64,000 nucleotides of DNA from Candidatus Lernaella stagnicola (GTDB lineage Bacteria; Lernaellota; Lernaellaia; Lernaellales; Lernaellaceae): NCBI GenBank assembly GCA_030765525.1, contig JAVCCK010000010.1, forward strand, positions 450,441 to 514,440. The letters run 5' to 3'. The notes beneath the pieces are model-generated. The model saw only the letters and a list, made by a program, of their open reading frames with translations, did not search any database and was not told where the DNA came from. This document shows, piece after piece, positions 19,117 through 28,666 of this stretch (its first letter is position 1; each line of letters opens with the position of its first letter). The translations under genes and the position numbers were made by a program.

Positions 19117-20171
19117 CGACTGACCCCCCGGCGGCGCAACATCACAAACGCCAACGACAGACCCATTAGGAGCGGCAGCAAAGCCAGCCCGGGCCGACGG
19201 GCTTCCAGACCGGCCGCCGCGGCCACCGGTGTCAACAGAGTGCGGACCGCGGCTCGAGCGCCCGGGTGCGACGCCAAACGACGGGCCAGCGGCGGGCTCG
19301 CCCGGTAGTACGCCTGCACCAGCGCGCGGCCGACCGAAGAATGAGCCAGCACGTGATCGCGGAAAAGCCGCAACTCCACGACCAAGGGGTGGTCGTAGTC
19401 GCCCCAGGCGGCGGTTGCAATGAAACAGCCACCCTCGTCACCGGAAAGCTCCGAGAAGCCGACGGTTTCAGTCGGCGTGCCGCCGCCTTCTTCCGACAGT
19501 TCGCCCTCGGTACCGCTTTCGTCAACGGCCGACACCCGCACGTAGTAGGTTTTTTCGTTTTCCAGACCGGAAAGCTGGAATTCATCCACGTTGTCCACAT
19601 CAATCGGGCTGACCCCCTCGGAGGCGTCGATGCCGTCGTAGTCGAAAGCGTCCACACCTGAGGAAGTGCCGTAATAGACGAGATAATAAGACAAGTCGGA
19701 GGCATCCACCGGATCCCACGAGAGGAAGAGTTTGCCGTCGCCGCGGCCGACCGACAAACCGGAAACGCGGTCGGGCGGCGTGTCCAGCGAGATAGCGGTC
19801 GAAGCGTAAGCGGTTTCGGTGCCGGAAGTGGCGATAACGTATATCGTATAGGAACCGTCGCCTTCGCCGAAATCGTTGTCGGCGCTGATCGTCGTGCTTG
19901 ACGTCAAGGTTCCGGTGAACGACCCCGTGCCGTCGGAAGCGGCGACCGAATCGCCCGAGCCCTCGGTGCCGTCACCGCCGATTTCCAGGGAGAACGTGCC
20001 CGAACCGTCGGACTCGATGCGCCAAAATACTTTGGCGGTTTCGCCTTCGCCAATGGAGCCGTCGGTCGGCTGGGTGCTGATAATGTCTACGGTCAGTTCG
20101 GCCTGGGCCAAACCGGCCGCCATCAACACCACAAAGACGACCGCACAGCCTAAAACGGCCTGTTTGATCAT
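19113..20171 (-). CDS. secreted surface protein: FN3-like domain plus Cys-containing CFIATAAWG...LRLFRDHVL module, C-terminal TM helix and basic tail
   Basis: Signal peptide. Gly/Ser/Thr/Asp-rich beta region. FN3-like SGLSVGRGDGKLFLSWDPVDASDLSYYLVYYG. Then GGCFIATAAWGDYDHPLVVELRLFRDHVL...YYRASPPLARRLA, hydrophobic LALLPLLMGLSLAFVML and RRRGVSR tail. Confidence 0.55.
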   Translation of the reverse strand: MIKQAVLGCAVVFVVLMAAGLAQAELTVDIISTQPTDGSIGEGETAKVFWRIESDGSGTFSLEIGGDGTEGSGDSVAASDGTGSFTGTLTSSTTISADNDFGEGDGSYTIYVIATSGTETAYASTAISLDTPPDRVSGLSVGRGDGKLFLSWDPVDASDLSYYLVYYGTSSGVDAFDYDGIDASEGVSPIDVDNVDEFQLSGLENEKTYYVRVSAVDESGTEGELSEEGGGTPTETVGFSELSGDEGGCFIATAAWGDYDHPLVVELRLFRDHVLAHSSVGRALVQAYYRASPPLARRLASHPGARAAVRTLLTPVAAAAGLEARRPGLALLPLLMGLSLAFVMLRRRGVSR

Positions 20172-20285
20172 ATTCCTGCTCCCGTGTCGGGATTCACCCT
20201 TCCAGATGTTCCACCGTATCCTACTTGCAGCCTATAGCGCGGTCAAGCACGCTCGGGCCTTGGACCCATCGAACTGCTGGAAAGT

Positions 20286-21446
20286 TCAAAGTTTCACGAG
20301 GCGATCCATCGCTTCGACCAGCCGGCTTTTTTCCTGACAAAGCGCGATCCGGGCGTAGCCCTCGCCCGCGGCGCCAAACCCGACCCCCGGCGTGACCACA
20401 ACCCCGGTTTTTTGGAGCAAATCGTCCGCGAACGCCGCGCTGTCGCCGCCGGGGACCGGGAACCAAACGTAAAAGGTCGCCTTGAGGTCGGGCACGTCGA
20501 AACCCGCTTGCCGCAATCCGGCCAGCACCAGGTCGCGCCGCTCGCGGTAGACCTCGACGATGGCGTGCCGGATAGCGGGATCCATGTTAAGCGCGGCAAC
20601 AGCCGCTTGCTGCACGGCTTCGAACGCGCCGGAGTCAACATTGGTTTTGACGCGTCCGATGGCCTGCACGATCTCCGCATTGCCGGCTACGAAGCCGACG
20701 CGCCAGCCGGTCATATTGAAGGTTTTCGAAAAACTGTGGAATTCGGCGGCCCGTTCCATGGCGCCGGGCGCTTGCAGCACACTGGGCGCGCGGTAGTCGC
20801 CAAACCCCATTTCAGCGTAGGCGGCGTCGTGCAACAGCGTGATGTTGTATTGCGCGGCAAAAGCGAGGGCTTCGGCGAAGAAATCCAGGTTGGCGGTCGC
20901 GCCGGTCGGGTTATTCGGATAGTTCAGATGCATCACCGTCGCGCGCGAGGCGACGGCTTTAGGAATCCCGGAAAAGTCGGGTAGGAAGCTGTTTTCGGCC
21001 GCGAGCGGCATATCCACCGGGTTGCCGCCGGCGAAAATCGTGCCGGCCCGGTAGACGGGGTAGCCGGGGCTGGGGATCAACACGGTGTCGTCGATTTCGA
21101 CCAACGCCAGCGCGGCGTGGGCGATGCCTTCCTTGGAGCCGATCAGAGCGCAGATTTCGGTTTCGGGATCAAGTTCGACGCCGAAACGTCGCTTCATGTA
21201 CCCGGCGCAAGCTTCGCGAAAGGGGCGCATGCCCTGGTATGACGGGTAGCGATGCGTGGCCGGATTCCGCACGGCTTCGATCAAGGCCGACACGATGGGT
21301 TCCGGGGTGGGCCGGTCCGGGTCGCCGACGCCCAAGTCAATGATATCCACGCCGCGCGCCGCGACGAGCTCTTTTTGGCGGTCCAGTTCGGCAAACAGGT
21401 ACGGCGGCAAGCTCGTGAGGCGTTGGGTTTGGATCGAGCGACGCAT
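20286..21446 (-). CDS. class I/II aminotransferase, LL-diaminopimelate aminotransferase-like
   Basis: PLP fold. SFSKTFNMTGWRVGF Lys motif. Start taken at internal ATG 21444-21446, preceded by AGGAG, rather than the upstream ORF start. Confidence 0.65.
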   Translation of the reverse strand: MRRSIQTQRLTSLPPYLFAELDRQKELVAARGVDIIDLGVGDPDRPTPEPIVSALIEAVRNPATHRYPSYQGMRPFREACAGYMKRRFGVELDPETEICALIGSKEGIAHAALALVEIDDTVLIPSPGYPVYRAGTIFAGGNPVDMPLAAENSFLPDFSGIPKAVASRATVMHLNYPNNPTGATANLDFFAEALAFAAQYNITLLHDAAYAEMGFGDYRAPSVLQAPGAMERAAEFHSFSKTFNMTGWRVGFVAGNAEIVQAIGRVKTNVDSGAFEAVQQAAVAALNMDPAIRHAIVEVYRERRDLVLAGLRQAGFDVPDLKATFYVWFPVPGGDSAAFADDLLQKTGVVVTPGVGFGAAGEGYARIALCQEKSRLVEAMDRLVKL

Positions 21447-21592
21447 CTTTTCTCCTGTTTTTCTTTTTGTTGCGTGAAGTTGGGTCCTATCATACGACGC
21501 GAGGCAACGCAATTGCCGCCCCGCCTTTGCTTGCCCGAGAACGTGGCGGTTGCTACAGTGGCGGCGTTCGGAAAAGGGGAGACGAAACGCGC

Positions 21593-21916
21593 GTGCGGAA
21601 GATCTTGGACGAAATGCACAATTTTTTGGTCAGCGGTTTTTCCGGCGATCTGGGAACCGTTTTGGGCCAAGTGTTTTTTGTCGTCATCGGCGTGTTGCTT
21701 TTCTTCGCCCTCTACACCATCGTGCGGTTTTTCACCGACCCGATTACCCTAAAGGTATTGCGCGTACGCGACAGATCACCGTTGCCGAACCTCGTGGCGC
21801 TCTTCGTATCGGCGATTCTTTTCGTGTATATGCTGATCGGCGCCTATCGCCACATACCAGCCACGCGGCAAACCGTGTTGGGCCAGGCCGGGCAATGGTT
21901 GGATCGCTTTTTGTGA
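21593..21916 (+). CDS. hypothetical small membrane protein (2 TM)
   Basis: Hydrophobic segments VLGQVFFVVIGVLLFFALYTIV and LVALFVSAILFVYMLIGA. GGGGAG upstream of a candidate GTG start. Start uncertain. Confidence 0.3.
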   Translation: MRKILDEMHNFLVSGFSGDLGTVLGQVFFVVIGVLLFFALYTIVRFFTDPITLKVLRVRDRSPLPNLVALFVSAILFVYMLIGAYRHIPATRQTVLGQAGQWLDRFL

Positions 21917-21917
21917 T

Positions 21918-22880
21918 TTATTGACGCGGCCGCAGGCGAAAGGTCAACACCTGGGCGTCATCGCTGATCACCTCGCCGAAACCGTCGACGTAGCGCTGCG
22001 TCGCCCAATGGAATTCCTGCCGCGTTTCGATGGGCAGGCCGAGTTCGAGATCGAACCGTGCCTGGTACGACGCGTTTTGAAAGCGTAGCGCGATCGTCAC
22101 GTCGCCCAGTTGCACCAACCCGAAGGGCGATTTCGCCGACTCCTTGCCGACTTTCCGAAACGTTCCGCCCAGAAACAAATGCGACCCTTCACGCTTCGCG
22201 ATGCGCCAAACCCATTCCAGCGGTATCAAGCCGGTCATCGGTGGGGGCGGGGCGAGTTCGAAAGGCAGCGACCACTCAGGCTGCTTGCGCCAGTTGGTCG
22301 GGAGGTACGCCCCCATCAAGGTCGGAATCGTCTGCTTCATTTCCCGGCGCGGGTAGATCGTTAGGCCCGCCGGGGGCTGCGACCATTGTTCGCGGCTGAG
22401 AAAATCGGCCGGCGGTGGGCCGCCGCGAAAATCGCGTTGCCATCGGCCCGTTGCGTCGACGAGGGCATGCAGGCCGTAGTCGCCGATATCGCGCAGGTAG
22501 CGCACGCCGGGCGATAAGTCGAAACGGTCGCGGCCGCGGTCGACGACACCCGCCTGCACGATCGGCGGCCGGTCGCCTTCGGTGACGGTGTAGCGCGACT
22601 CGGTCGGCACAAAATGCAGGTGAGCCGCGCCGCGTTTGTCGACCTCCACCACGCGCATATCGAGGCGCACGTAGGTGGAATGGGTGCTGGGCGCTTCGGC
22701 ATCGGTGCGCGGCGTGTGGGTGAGTCGCTCGGCGAAATCGACGACGAAAACATCCCCGGCGGTGAAGTGGTAAGCGGGGTCGCCGCCGGATGTATTTGTG
22801 TCCGACGGGGGCGGCGGTCCGCCGCAGGCGACGAGCAACAACACAAGACACGGCAGAAAGTATATGTAACGCATGGGCAT
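21918..22880 (-). CDS. hypothetical lipoprotein
   Basis: Lipobox LLLVACGGPPPP. 320 aa. No recognised domain. Confidence 0.45.
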   Translation of the reverse strand: MPMRYIYFLPCLVLLLVACGGPPPPSDTNTSGGDPAYHFTAGDVFVVDFAERLTHTPRTDAEAPSTHSTYVRLDMRVVEVDKRGAAHLHFVPTESRYTVTEGDRPPIVQAGVVDRGRDRFDLSPGVRYLRDIGDYGLHALVDATGRWQRDFRGGPPPADFLSREQWSQPPAGLTIYPRREMKQTIPTLMGAYLPTNWRKQPEWSLPFELAPPPPMTGLIPLEWVWRIAKREGSHLFLGGTFRKVGKESAKSPFGLVQLGDVTIALRFQNASYQARFDLELGLPIETRQEFHWATQRYVDGFGEVISDDAQVLTFRLRPRQ

Positions 22881-23012
22881 GTTTTAACACGAAGCAAGGC
22901 CAGTCGCAACGAAAGCGGAACCTTTTGTTGCGTGGCCGGTCCATTTTTTTTACGTTTAAACTTGCTCGAAACCGGGAGCGTATCTATCTTGACTGTGCTA
23001 CCTGGAGGCCGT

Positions 23013-23417
23013 GTGAAAAAGACCATTGTCCTGATTGGGTTGGCGTTGGTATCGGCATGTGTCTATGCCGCCGCGGCGCAGGGACTAAGTGTAGTCGATG
23101 TTACCTTCTGCCAGCGCGTCGTCGATCGCGAACCCATCGATACCGGGACGACGTTCCCCGCCGACATCGGCTGGCTTTACTGCCACACGACGATCAGCAA
23201 CCCTGGTGAACCGGCGGAGATTCATCACGACTGGTACTACCAAGACGCCTTCATCAGCCGGTTGACGCTCACCGCCGGGACGTCGCCGAAGTGGCGCACG
23301 TTTTCCGCCAAGCAGATGAGCCCGGCGTGGTTGGGCAAATGGGAAGTGGTCGTAAAAACCGACTCCGGCCGGGAACTAGCCCGCAAATCTTTTGAACTGA
23401 CCGCCCCCGCCGAGTAA
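23013..23417 (+). CDS. small secreted protein of unknown function
   Basis: GTG start after GGAGG. Signal peptide VKKTIVLIGLALVSACVYAAAA. Trp-rich conserved-looking core (HHDWYY...WLGKWEVVVKTDSGRELARKSFELT). Confidence 0.45.
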   Translation: MKKTIVLIGLALVSACVYAAAAQGLSVVDVTFCQRVVDREPIDTGTTFPADIGWLYCHTTISNPGEPAEIHHDWYYQDAFISRLTLTAGTSPKWRTFSAKQMSPAWLGKWEVVVKTDSGRELARKSFELTAPAE

Positions 23418-23466
23418 CGGCCTTGGCAACCTGGGAATAAGCCGGGCACAATAAGCACTTCACACG

Positions 23467-25818
23467 ATGAGGAATCCGTTGACGCCGGAGAAGCACGCCG
23501 TGCCCGAGCCATTGGCCAATCGTCGCTTGATCCTCGCCGTTCACGCGGCGGCGCTGGCGATGATACTTACTTTTTTCACGTGGCATGCGCTGGGGCACGC
23601 GGTGCCCACCGGTTTGGCCGGGCCGCAATGCGACAACCTCACCCAGGCCTTACCGAAACTAGCTTTTTATGCTCGCGAACTGCGCGCCGGTCGCCTGCCG
23701 ACCTGGGACCCCTATGCGGGAACCGGCGCGGCGGACTACCCGATTCGCAGTCACGTCATGTATCCCACGACGTTACTGACGACCGTGTTGCTGCCGCCCT
23801 GGCTCGCCTTGCTGGCCGATTACTTTCTGGCCTTCGTGATCGCCTATTTCCTGGCTTTCCTCTTTTTCCGGCGCTCGCGCGCCCCGGCCCCTCTGGCGGC
23901 TGCGGCCGCGTTGGCGGTGGTCTTTGGCGGGCTGAATTTGCGCTACGTGTTCTACCCCTACTTCAGCCAGACCGCCGCTTGGATCCCGCTGGTTTTCCTG
24001 GCTGTCGACGGTCTCTTCACGGGGCGGCGACCGGCCCGTGCCATCGCGTGGGGTGGCTTGGCGTTGGGAATGATGATCCTGGCCGGCATGCTCAATTACG
24101 TGATCTACACCCTGGTTTTCGGCGGCCTCTATGTTCTGTGGCTCACCGGGCAAAAGCGCCCGGAGGGCGACGGGGCCGCGCCGTGGTGGCGGTTTTGGCT
24201 GGCGGCGGCGGCAATCGTCGTTGTCGGCTTCGCGCTCGGCGCCGCGCGTCTGGCGCCCCTGCTCGAGCAACTCGAACGGCTGCGCGGCGGCTACGGAAAG
24301 TGGGAAGCGTTCCGCGGCTTGCTGCAAACGCCCTCGCTACTTGTCGCCTCGCTCGCACCGGGAGCGTTCGGCGAGTATCGTTTTCGTCTCTTGTCCACGA
24401 CGCTCGCGTACGGAATGTTGGCCTGGGCGCCGGCGGTCGCATTTGTGTTCGGGGCGCGCAAGGCGCGGATCGATTGGTTCTGGATCGGCGTGGTCGGCGT
24501 CGGCTTGGTCACGGTCGTGTACAGCCCCTTGACGCGGCTTTTATTCCACGTTCTGCCCGGCTACGCGGGTTTCGAACCGACGCGAATCTGGTCGGTGGCG
24601 GGCCTCGGTCTGCTTTGGCTGGCCCTGCGGGGACTGAATGAAATCGCCGGCGGCGAACGAGGTTCGCGCGTGTTGGCGATTGCCGCGGTGATCGCCGGCC
24701 TATGGTTGGCCGCTTTCCTTGCTCTGGCGCTACGCACGTCGCCAATCAATGCGTGGCACCTGCTGCCGTTGGCCGTCGGCGTGACGGGTCTGGTCGCCGC
24801 GTGGCCGCTGCGCCGGTGGGCCGGACGCGAGAAGGCCGCGCTGATGCTGGCGGCGTTGTTGGCGCTGGAAGTGTTTGCCCGCGCCGGGGTTTCGGCTGAA
24901 CGAATCGACACCCGTCGTCTCTACCGCGAAACGCCCATCACCACCACGTTACGGAACGCGTCGCCACCGGCCCGCGTGCTGCGCGTGGGGGGCCGGTGGG
25001 GCTGGATTCGCGACGGCCGCCTCTACACCCAGGAGTCACTGAAATTCGACGGCGTCGAGGATCTGCATGCGTACAGTTCCATGATCGACCCTTCGTTGCG
25101 GCGCGTGTTCGATGCCTACCGGGCGCGGCGTGATTTCGGCCTCTCGCCCTTCGACGAAGGCGCCGCGATTCAACCCTTCCTCACCGGCGCACCGGCGGAA
25201 AACGGCTTTGCCGATTCGATCGGCGCCAACTTCATTTTGTCGCAAGAGCCCTTGCCCGGCGCGGACATCGACTCGATGCTGCAGGAAAAGGCGCGGCACG
25301 GTGGGCTGATTCTGTATCAGAACAAGGACGCGTTGCCGCGGGCGTTTTGGACAGCGGTCGGTTGGGTCGCTCGCAACGATGACGAGATGATTGCGGAACT
25401 GGGCCGACAGAGTGATTGGTCGCGCGGCGTCTGGCTCGACCGGATAGCGCCGAGCGCGGCGCAAAACGACGAGGTTGTCGCGGGGCTCGTTCGCCCACTC
25501 CTGCGCCGGCCGACCTATGAAAAATACGAAGTCACCACGCCGGGCGGCGGTTATTTGGTGGTGACCGAGTTGTACGACAAACACTGGACCGCCACGGTCA
25601 ACGGGCAAAGCGCGCCGGTGCGACGGGCGAACCTGGCCTTTCGCGGCGTGGCGGTGAAGGACACGAAGAGCGTCGTCGAGTTCCGCTACGAACCCTGGCC
25701 CTTCTACCTCGGATTGGCGTTCTCCCATTTGGGAGCTTGGGCGGTCGTGCTGTTGCTGTGGCTCGGGCGGCTTAGGGAACCAACTCGAAAAGAAGCACGT
25801 CCTGACCCGGTACCGTGA
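23467..25818 (+). CDS. YfhO-family polytopic membrane protein (glycosyl-transfer associated)
   Basis: ~13 N-terminal TM helices followed by a ~300-aa extracytoplasmic C-terminal domain and final TM. Architecture and size (783 aa) typical of YfhO. Confidence 0.5.
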   Translation: MRNPLTPEKHAVPEPLANRRLILAVHAAALAMILTFFTWHALGHAVPTGLAGPQCDNLTQALPKLAFYARELRAGRLPTWDPYAGTGAADYPIRSHVMYPTTLLTTVLLPPWLALLADYFLAFVIAYFLAFLFFRRSRAPAPLAAAAALAVVFGGLNLRYVFYPYFSQTAAWIPLVFLAVDGLFTGRRPARAIAWGGLALGMMILAGMLNYVIYTLVFGGLYVLWLTGQKRPEGDGAAPWWRFWLAAAAIVVVGFALGAARLAPLLEQLERLRGGYGKWEAFRGLLQTPSLLVASLAPGAFGEYRFRLLSTTLAYGMLAWAPAVAFVFGARKARIDWFWIGVVGVGLVTVVYSPLTRLLFHVLPGYAGFEPTRIWSVAGLGLLWLALRGLNEIAGGERGSRVLAIAAVIAGLWLAAFLALALRTSPINAWHLLPLAVGVTGLVAAWPLRRWAGREKAALMLAALLALEVFARAGVSAERIDTRRLYRETPITTTLRNASPPARVLRVGGRWGWIRDGRLYTQESLKFDGVEDLHAYSSMIDPSLRRVFDAYRARRDFGLSPFDEGAAIQPFLTGAPAENGFADSIGANFILSQEPLPGADIDSMLQEKARHGGLILYQNKDALPRAFWTAVGWVARNDDEMIAELGRQSDWSRGVWLDRIAPSAAQNDEVVAGLVRPLLRRPTYEKYEVTTPGGGYLVVTELYDKHWTATVNGQSAPVRRANLAFRGVAVKDTKSVVEFRYEPWPFYLGLAFSHLGAWAVVLLLWLGRLREPTRKEARPDPVP

Positions 25819-28483
25819 GGTCCATCATGCGCGGCGCGGTGAGACATCCGAGGCTTTCCCGCTCGCCGACGGTTCCCTCCCAGGTGACCGACCATAATTC
25901 CGCGGCCGCGTAGCCATAGACGGCCGGGTCGATTTCCACGCCCACCGACAGTGGCGCATCGGTCGCGTTGCCCACAAGAATCGCCACACGATCGTCGTAT
26001 GGATGCCGCCAGGCGGTGATGTGCAACGGCTTTGCGGACCATTGGCCCGAGTGGCAGTAAGGGGGCCCGCTAATCGAGAAATAGAAATCGTAGTCGAAGG
26101 CCACCAGCGGCAGCGGATTGGGCACGCGAGGGGCGGTTTCCATGCGGCCGAGAGTCAGATAGGGCGCGGCGGGCGAGTTGATGCGCAGGTCGATCATCCG
26201 CCGCAGAAAGGCGAGTTTCTCAGGATCCGCTTGGCGGACCTCGTCGTCGTAGTACCAGCCCCGGGTGCTTTCCGGGTTGTCGGGTTGGTAAATCCAACCG
26301 GTTTGAAAACCGCAGAGGTCGTTGCTGCCGCGGCAGACGACGCTCGGGTCAAGATCGGGCAACCAATCGACCGGCGTGTTGAAGTAGATAAGTTCGACGA
26401 CGCCGCCCGAGAGGTATTCGGCCAGGGCGACCCAGTAGAACACGTTGCCCAGTTCGTAGCTGGCGGTCATTTTACCGCCGGTGCGTGTGCCGCCGTTGTG
26501 ATGGTGCAGGTAGGCCAGCAAGGGCACTTCTCGCGCCGTACCCTCCACAAACCATCGCTGCGGAACGCGGAAGGACGGCGGATCGGAATTGCCGGCTCGG
26601 TTACGCAGCGGCCCGACGCCCATGCCGCCCAGGTGGTAGAAGTCGACGAGATCAAAATAGGGCTCAGTGGTGTTTTCGGCTCCGTAGCGAAAGCCGCGCG
26701 GCGTGGGTTGACCACGGGACTGGTCGAGGGTATCGCGTACGGCCTGCACGAACCATCCGCCGGAACCGGAGGGCTGACCCTCGTCGTGGCCCGCCAGGAT
26801 GTCGTAGTTGCCGCGCTCGATCAAGGGAAAGCCGAGGTCGAAATACAGAGCGTCGAGGGGAACGGCGGCTTCATCAACGACCAACCGGTCGCGCCACAGC
26901 CAGAAGTCCGCGACGTAGGGATCGGCGGGGTTCATCGCGTAGATCATGCCGAAATTGATTACATCAAACATCGAAAACCCGCCGAAGGAACCTCGAGGAT
27001 TGACCAACAAGTAATCGAAGTACGACGATGTTCCCGGTGATTCGGGATAAAACCCGTCCCACCCCGGCACGCGTGTGCCCACCAGCAGGTCGTAATAGAA
27101 CAACGAAGTCATGTCACCTTGCGTCGCAATCGCGCCCAAATTGGTCTGGGTGGAGGGATAAAACGGGCGCCAGAAGCGCTCGTCCCAACCGGCCTGTGCT
27201 ATGGCGAAGTACGCTTCCGGATCGGGGTCGCCCATCGGATGAAAGTCCCAGCCCTGCACGAACAATAGGCGGGCCGCGCCGTTGTCGGCGACCAATTCGT
27301 CGTGAAAAGCGTTTATCCAAGCGGTTTGATCGTACCGCGAGGTCAGCCCGAACACGCTGGCGCCGAGGGTTTCGAAAAAGGCGCGCTCCTCGGGTTCACG
27401 CTCGGCCAGCGGGCGGCCGGCCCAGATTTGCTTATCGGACCATTCACGGTAGATCGTCGCCGCCTCCTGCCAGTCGCCGGAATCCAGAAAACGCAGGATC
27501 ACCGGGTAGTCGAGAGCGAAGTCGGCGGCTCCGATCCGAGGATTGAGATGGGCGATATGAAACTGGGGCAATGCCGGAAGGTCGGGTTTCTCCGGATTAT
27601 CGTCGAGATCGTGATGGTCGCACAGCGAAAAGGTCTTCGCGTTGAATTCCGGGTCGGCGGTGTAAATCAGCAGGCCGCCGACCGTATCGTTTAGGTACGC
27701 GACCAACTGCGCCATCGCTCCGTGGCCCATGGGATAACGATGATGGCACAGGATGTCGGCATTGTCTTCAACCTCCTCGGCCAAGCGCGCCAGAGGATCC
27801 TGCAACATCGCGCCGCCCTCCAAGCTCATCAGGTACCGGTCGTCCGCACCATGGCCCGCCAACGGCGCCAGCGGCGCCAGCACCGGATAGCGAAAGCGGT
27901 GGATCAAGAACTCTCCCGCACCGGTTACGCGGGCGGTGGCTCGCAATTCCGGCTTGTCGCGGGCGACCTCCCACACCGCCTCAAAAGAAATCGGGGAAGT
28001 GAAGTGTTCCCAGGTGATCGTCAGCCGGTTGTCGCGGCAAACGAAGCGGGGCGGCATGGCGAACAAGTTCATGTCCACAAGTTTGTACGTGCCGAAAAAA
28101 CCCGGCTCGATGGAGAACAAATCGAAGGGCGGCACCCAGGTTGCCGCCGCGTTGCCGATCATTTTCAGACCGCGGCGGCGATCGGTGAGCTGAAGGATGC
28201 GTCCGGTCGGACGGCCGAAGGTGATAGCGACTTGATCGTTGCCGAAATCGTAGTGGTTGGTGGCTTGGTCGAATCGACAATAAGAACGGCTGTTTCGTGG
28301 CGGCGCGGAATCGAAACCCAAGCTATCGCCGTCGTCATCGTCATCGTTGTCGTCGTCATCGTCCGGTGTCGTTTCCGGAGAGGGTGAAGAGTCGTCGTCG
28401 TCTCCTGCCAGTTCTCCGCCACCTGCGCAACCGAAACATAGTAAAGCGATAAGGATAACCCATCCATAGCTTCGCTTCATCAT
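25772..28483 (-). CDS. large lipoprotein (903 aa) with poly-Asp linker; possible glycoside-hydrolase-like fold
   Basis: Lipobox LLCFGCAGGG. Linker DDDDSSPSPETTPDDDDDNDDDDDGD. Long aromatic-rich (W/Y/F) globular region. 3' end overlaps YfhO 3' end convergently by 47 nt. Confidence 0.5.
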   Translation of the reverse strand: MMKRSYGWVILIALLCFGCAGGGELAGDDDDSSPSPETTPDDDDDNDDDDDGDSLGFDSAPPRNSRSYCRFDQATNHYDFGNDQVAITFGRPTGRILQLTDRRRGLKMIGNAAATWVPPFDLFSIEPGFFGTYKLVDMNLFAMPPRFVCRDNRLTITWEHFTSPISFEAVWEVARDKPELRATARVTGAGEFLIHRFRYPVLAPLAPLAGHGADDRYLMSLEGGAMLQDPLARLAEEVEDNADILCHHRYPMGHGAMAQLVAYLNDTVGGLLIYTADPEFNAKTFSLCDHHDLDDNPEKPDLPALPQFHIAHLNPRIGAADFALDYPVILRFLDSGDWQEAATIYREWSDKQIWAGRPLAEREPEERAFFETLGASVFGLTSRYDQTAWINAFHDELVADNGAARLLFVQGWDFHPMGDPDPEAYFAIAQAGWDERFWRPFYPSTQTNLGAIATQGDMTSLFYYDLLVGTRVPGWDGFYPESPGTSSYFDYLLVNPRGSFGGFSMFDVINFGMIYAMNPADPYVADFWLWRDRLVVDEAAVPLDALYFDLGFPLIERGNYDILAGHDEGQPSGSGGWFVQAVRDTLDQSRGQPTPRGFRYGAENTTEPYFDLVDFYHLGGMGVGPLRNRAGNSDPPSFRVPQRWFVEGTAREVPLLAYLHHHNGGTRTGGKMTASYELGNVFYWVALAEYLSGGVVELIYFNTPVDWLPDLDPSVVCRGSNDLCGFQTGWIYQPDNPESTRGWYYDDEVRQADPEKLAFLRRMIDLRINSPAAPYLTLGRMETAPRVPNPLPLVAFDYDFYFSISGPPYCHSGQWSAKPLHITAWRHPYDDRVAILVGNATDAPLSVGVEIDPAVYGYAAAELWSVTWEGTVGERESLGCLTAPRMMDLTVPGQDVLLFELVP

Positions 28484-28577
28484 ATACTAGACCTTTCTGC
28501 TTCCCCACACCGAGTGTAAGAGAAGAAAACGATTTTGTCACGCGATATCTTAGGGTTACCAAAAATAAACAAAAAAC

Positions 28578-28650
28578 TGACCGCGCGGTCATATTATTCT
28601 TGACAACCACTTTTATGAGCAGTATATAACTGACCGACCGCACGGTCAGT
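28578..28650 (+). promoter_or_regulatory. near-consensus sigma70 promoter (TTGACA-17-TATATA) bracketed by two palindromic operators (probable TetR binding sites)
   Basis: Op1 TGACCGCGCGGTCA (28578-28591). -35 TTGACA 28600-28605. -10 TATATA 28623-28628. Op2 ACTGACCG-ACCGCA-CGGTCAGT (28629-28650) overlaps the predicted TSS. TetR GTG start at 28667. Confidence 0.6.
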
Positions 28651-28666
28651 ATTATGTAGGTGAAAG

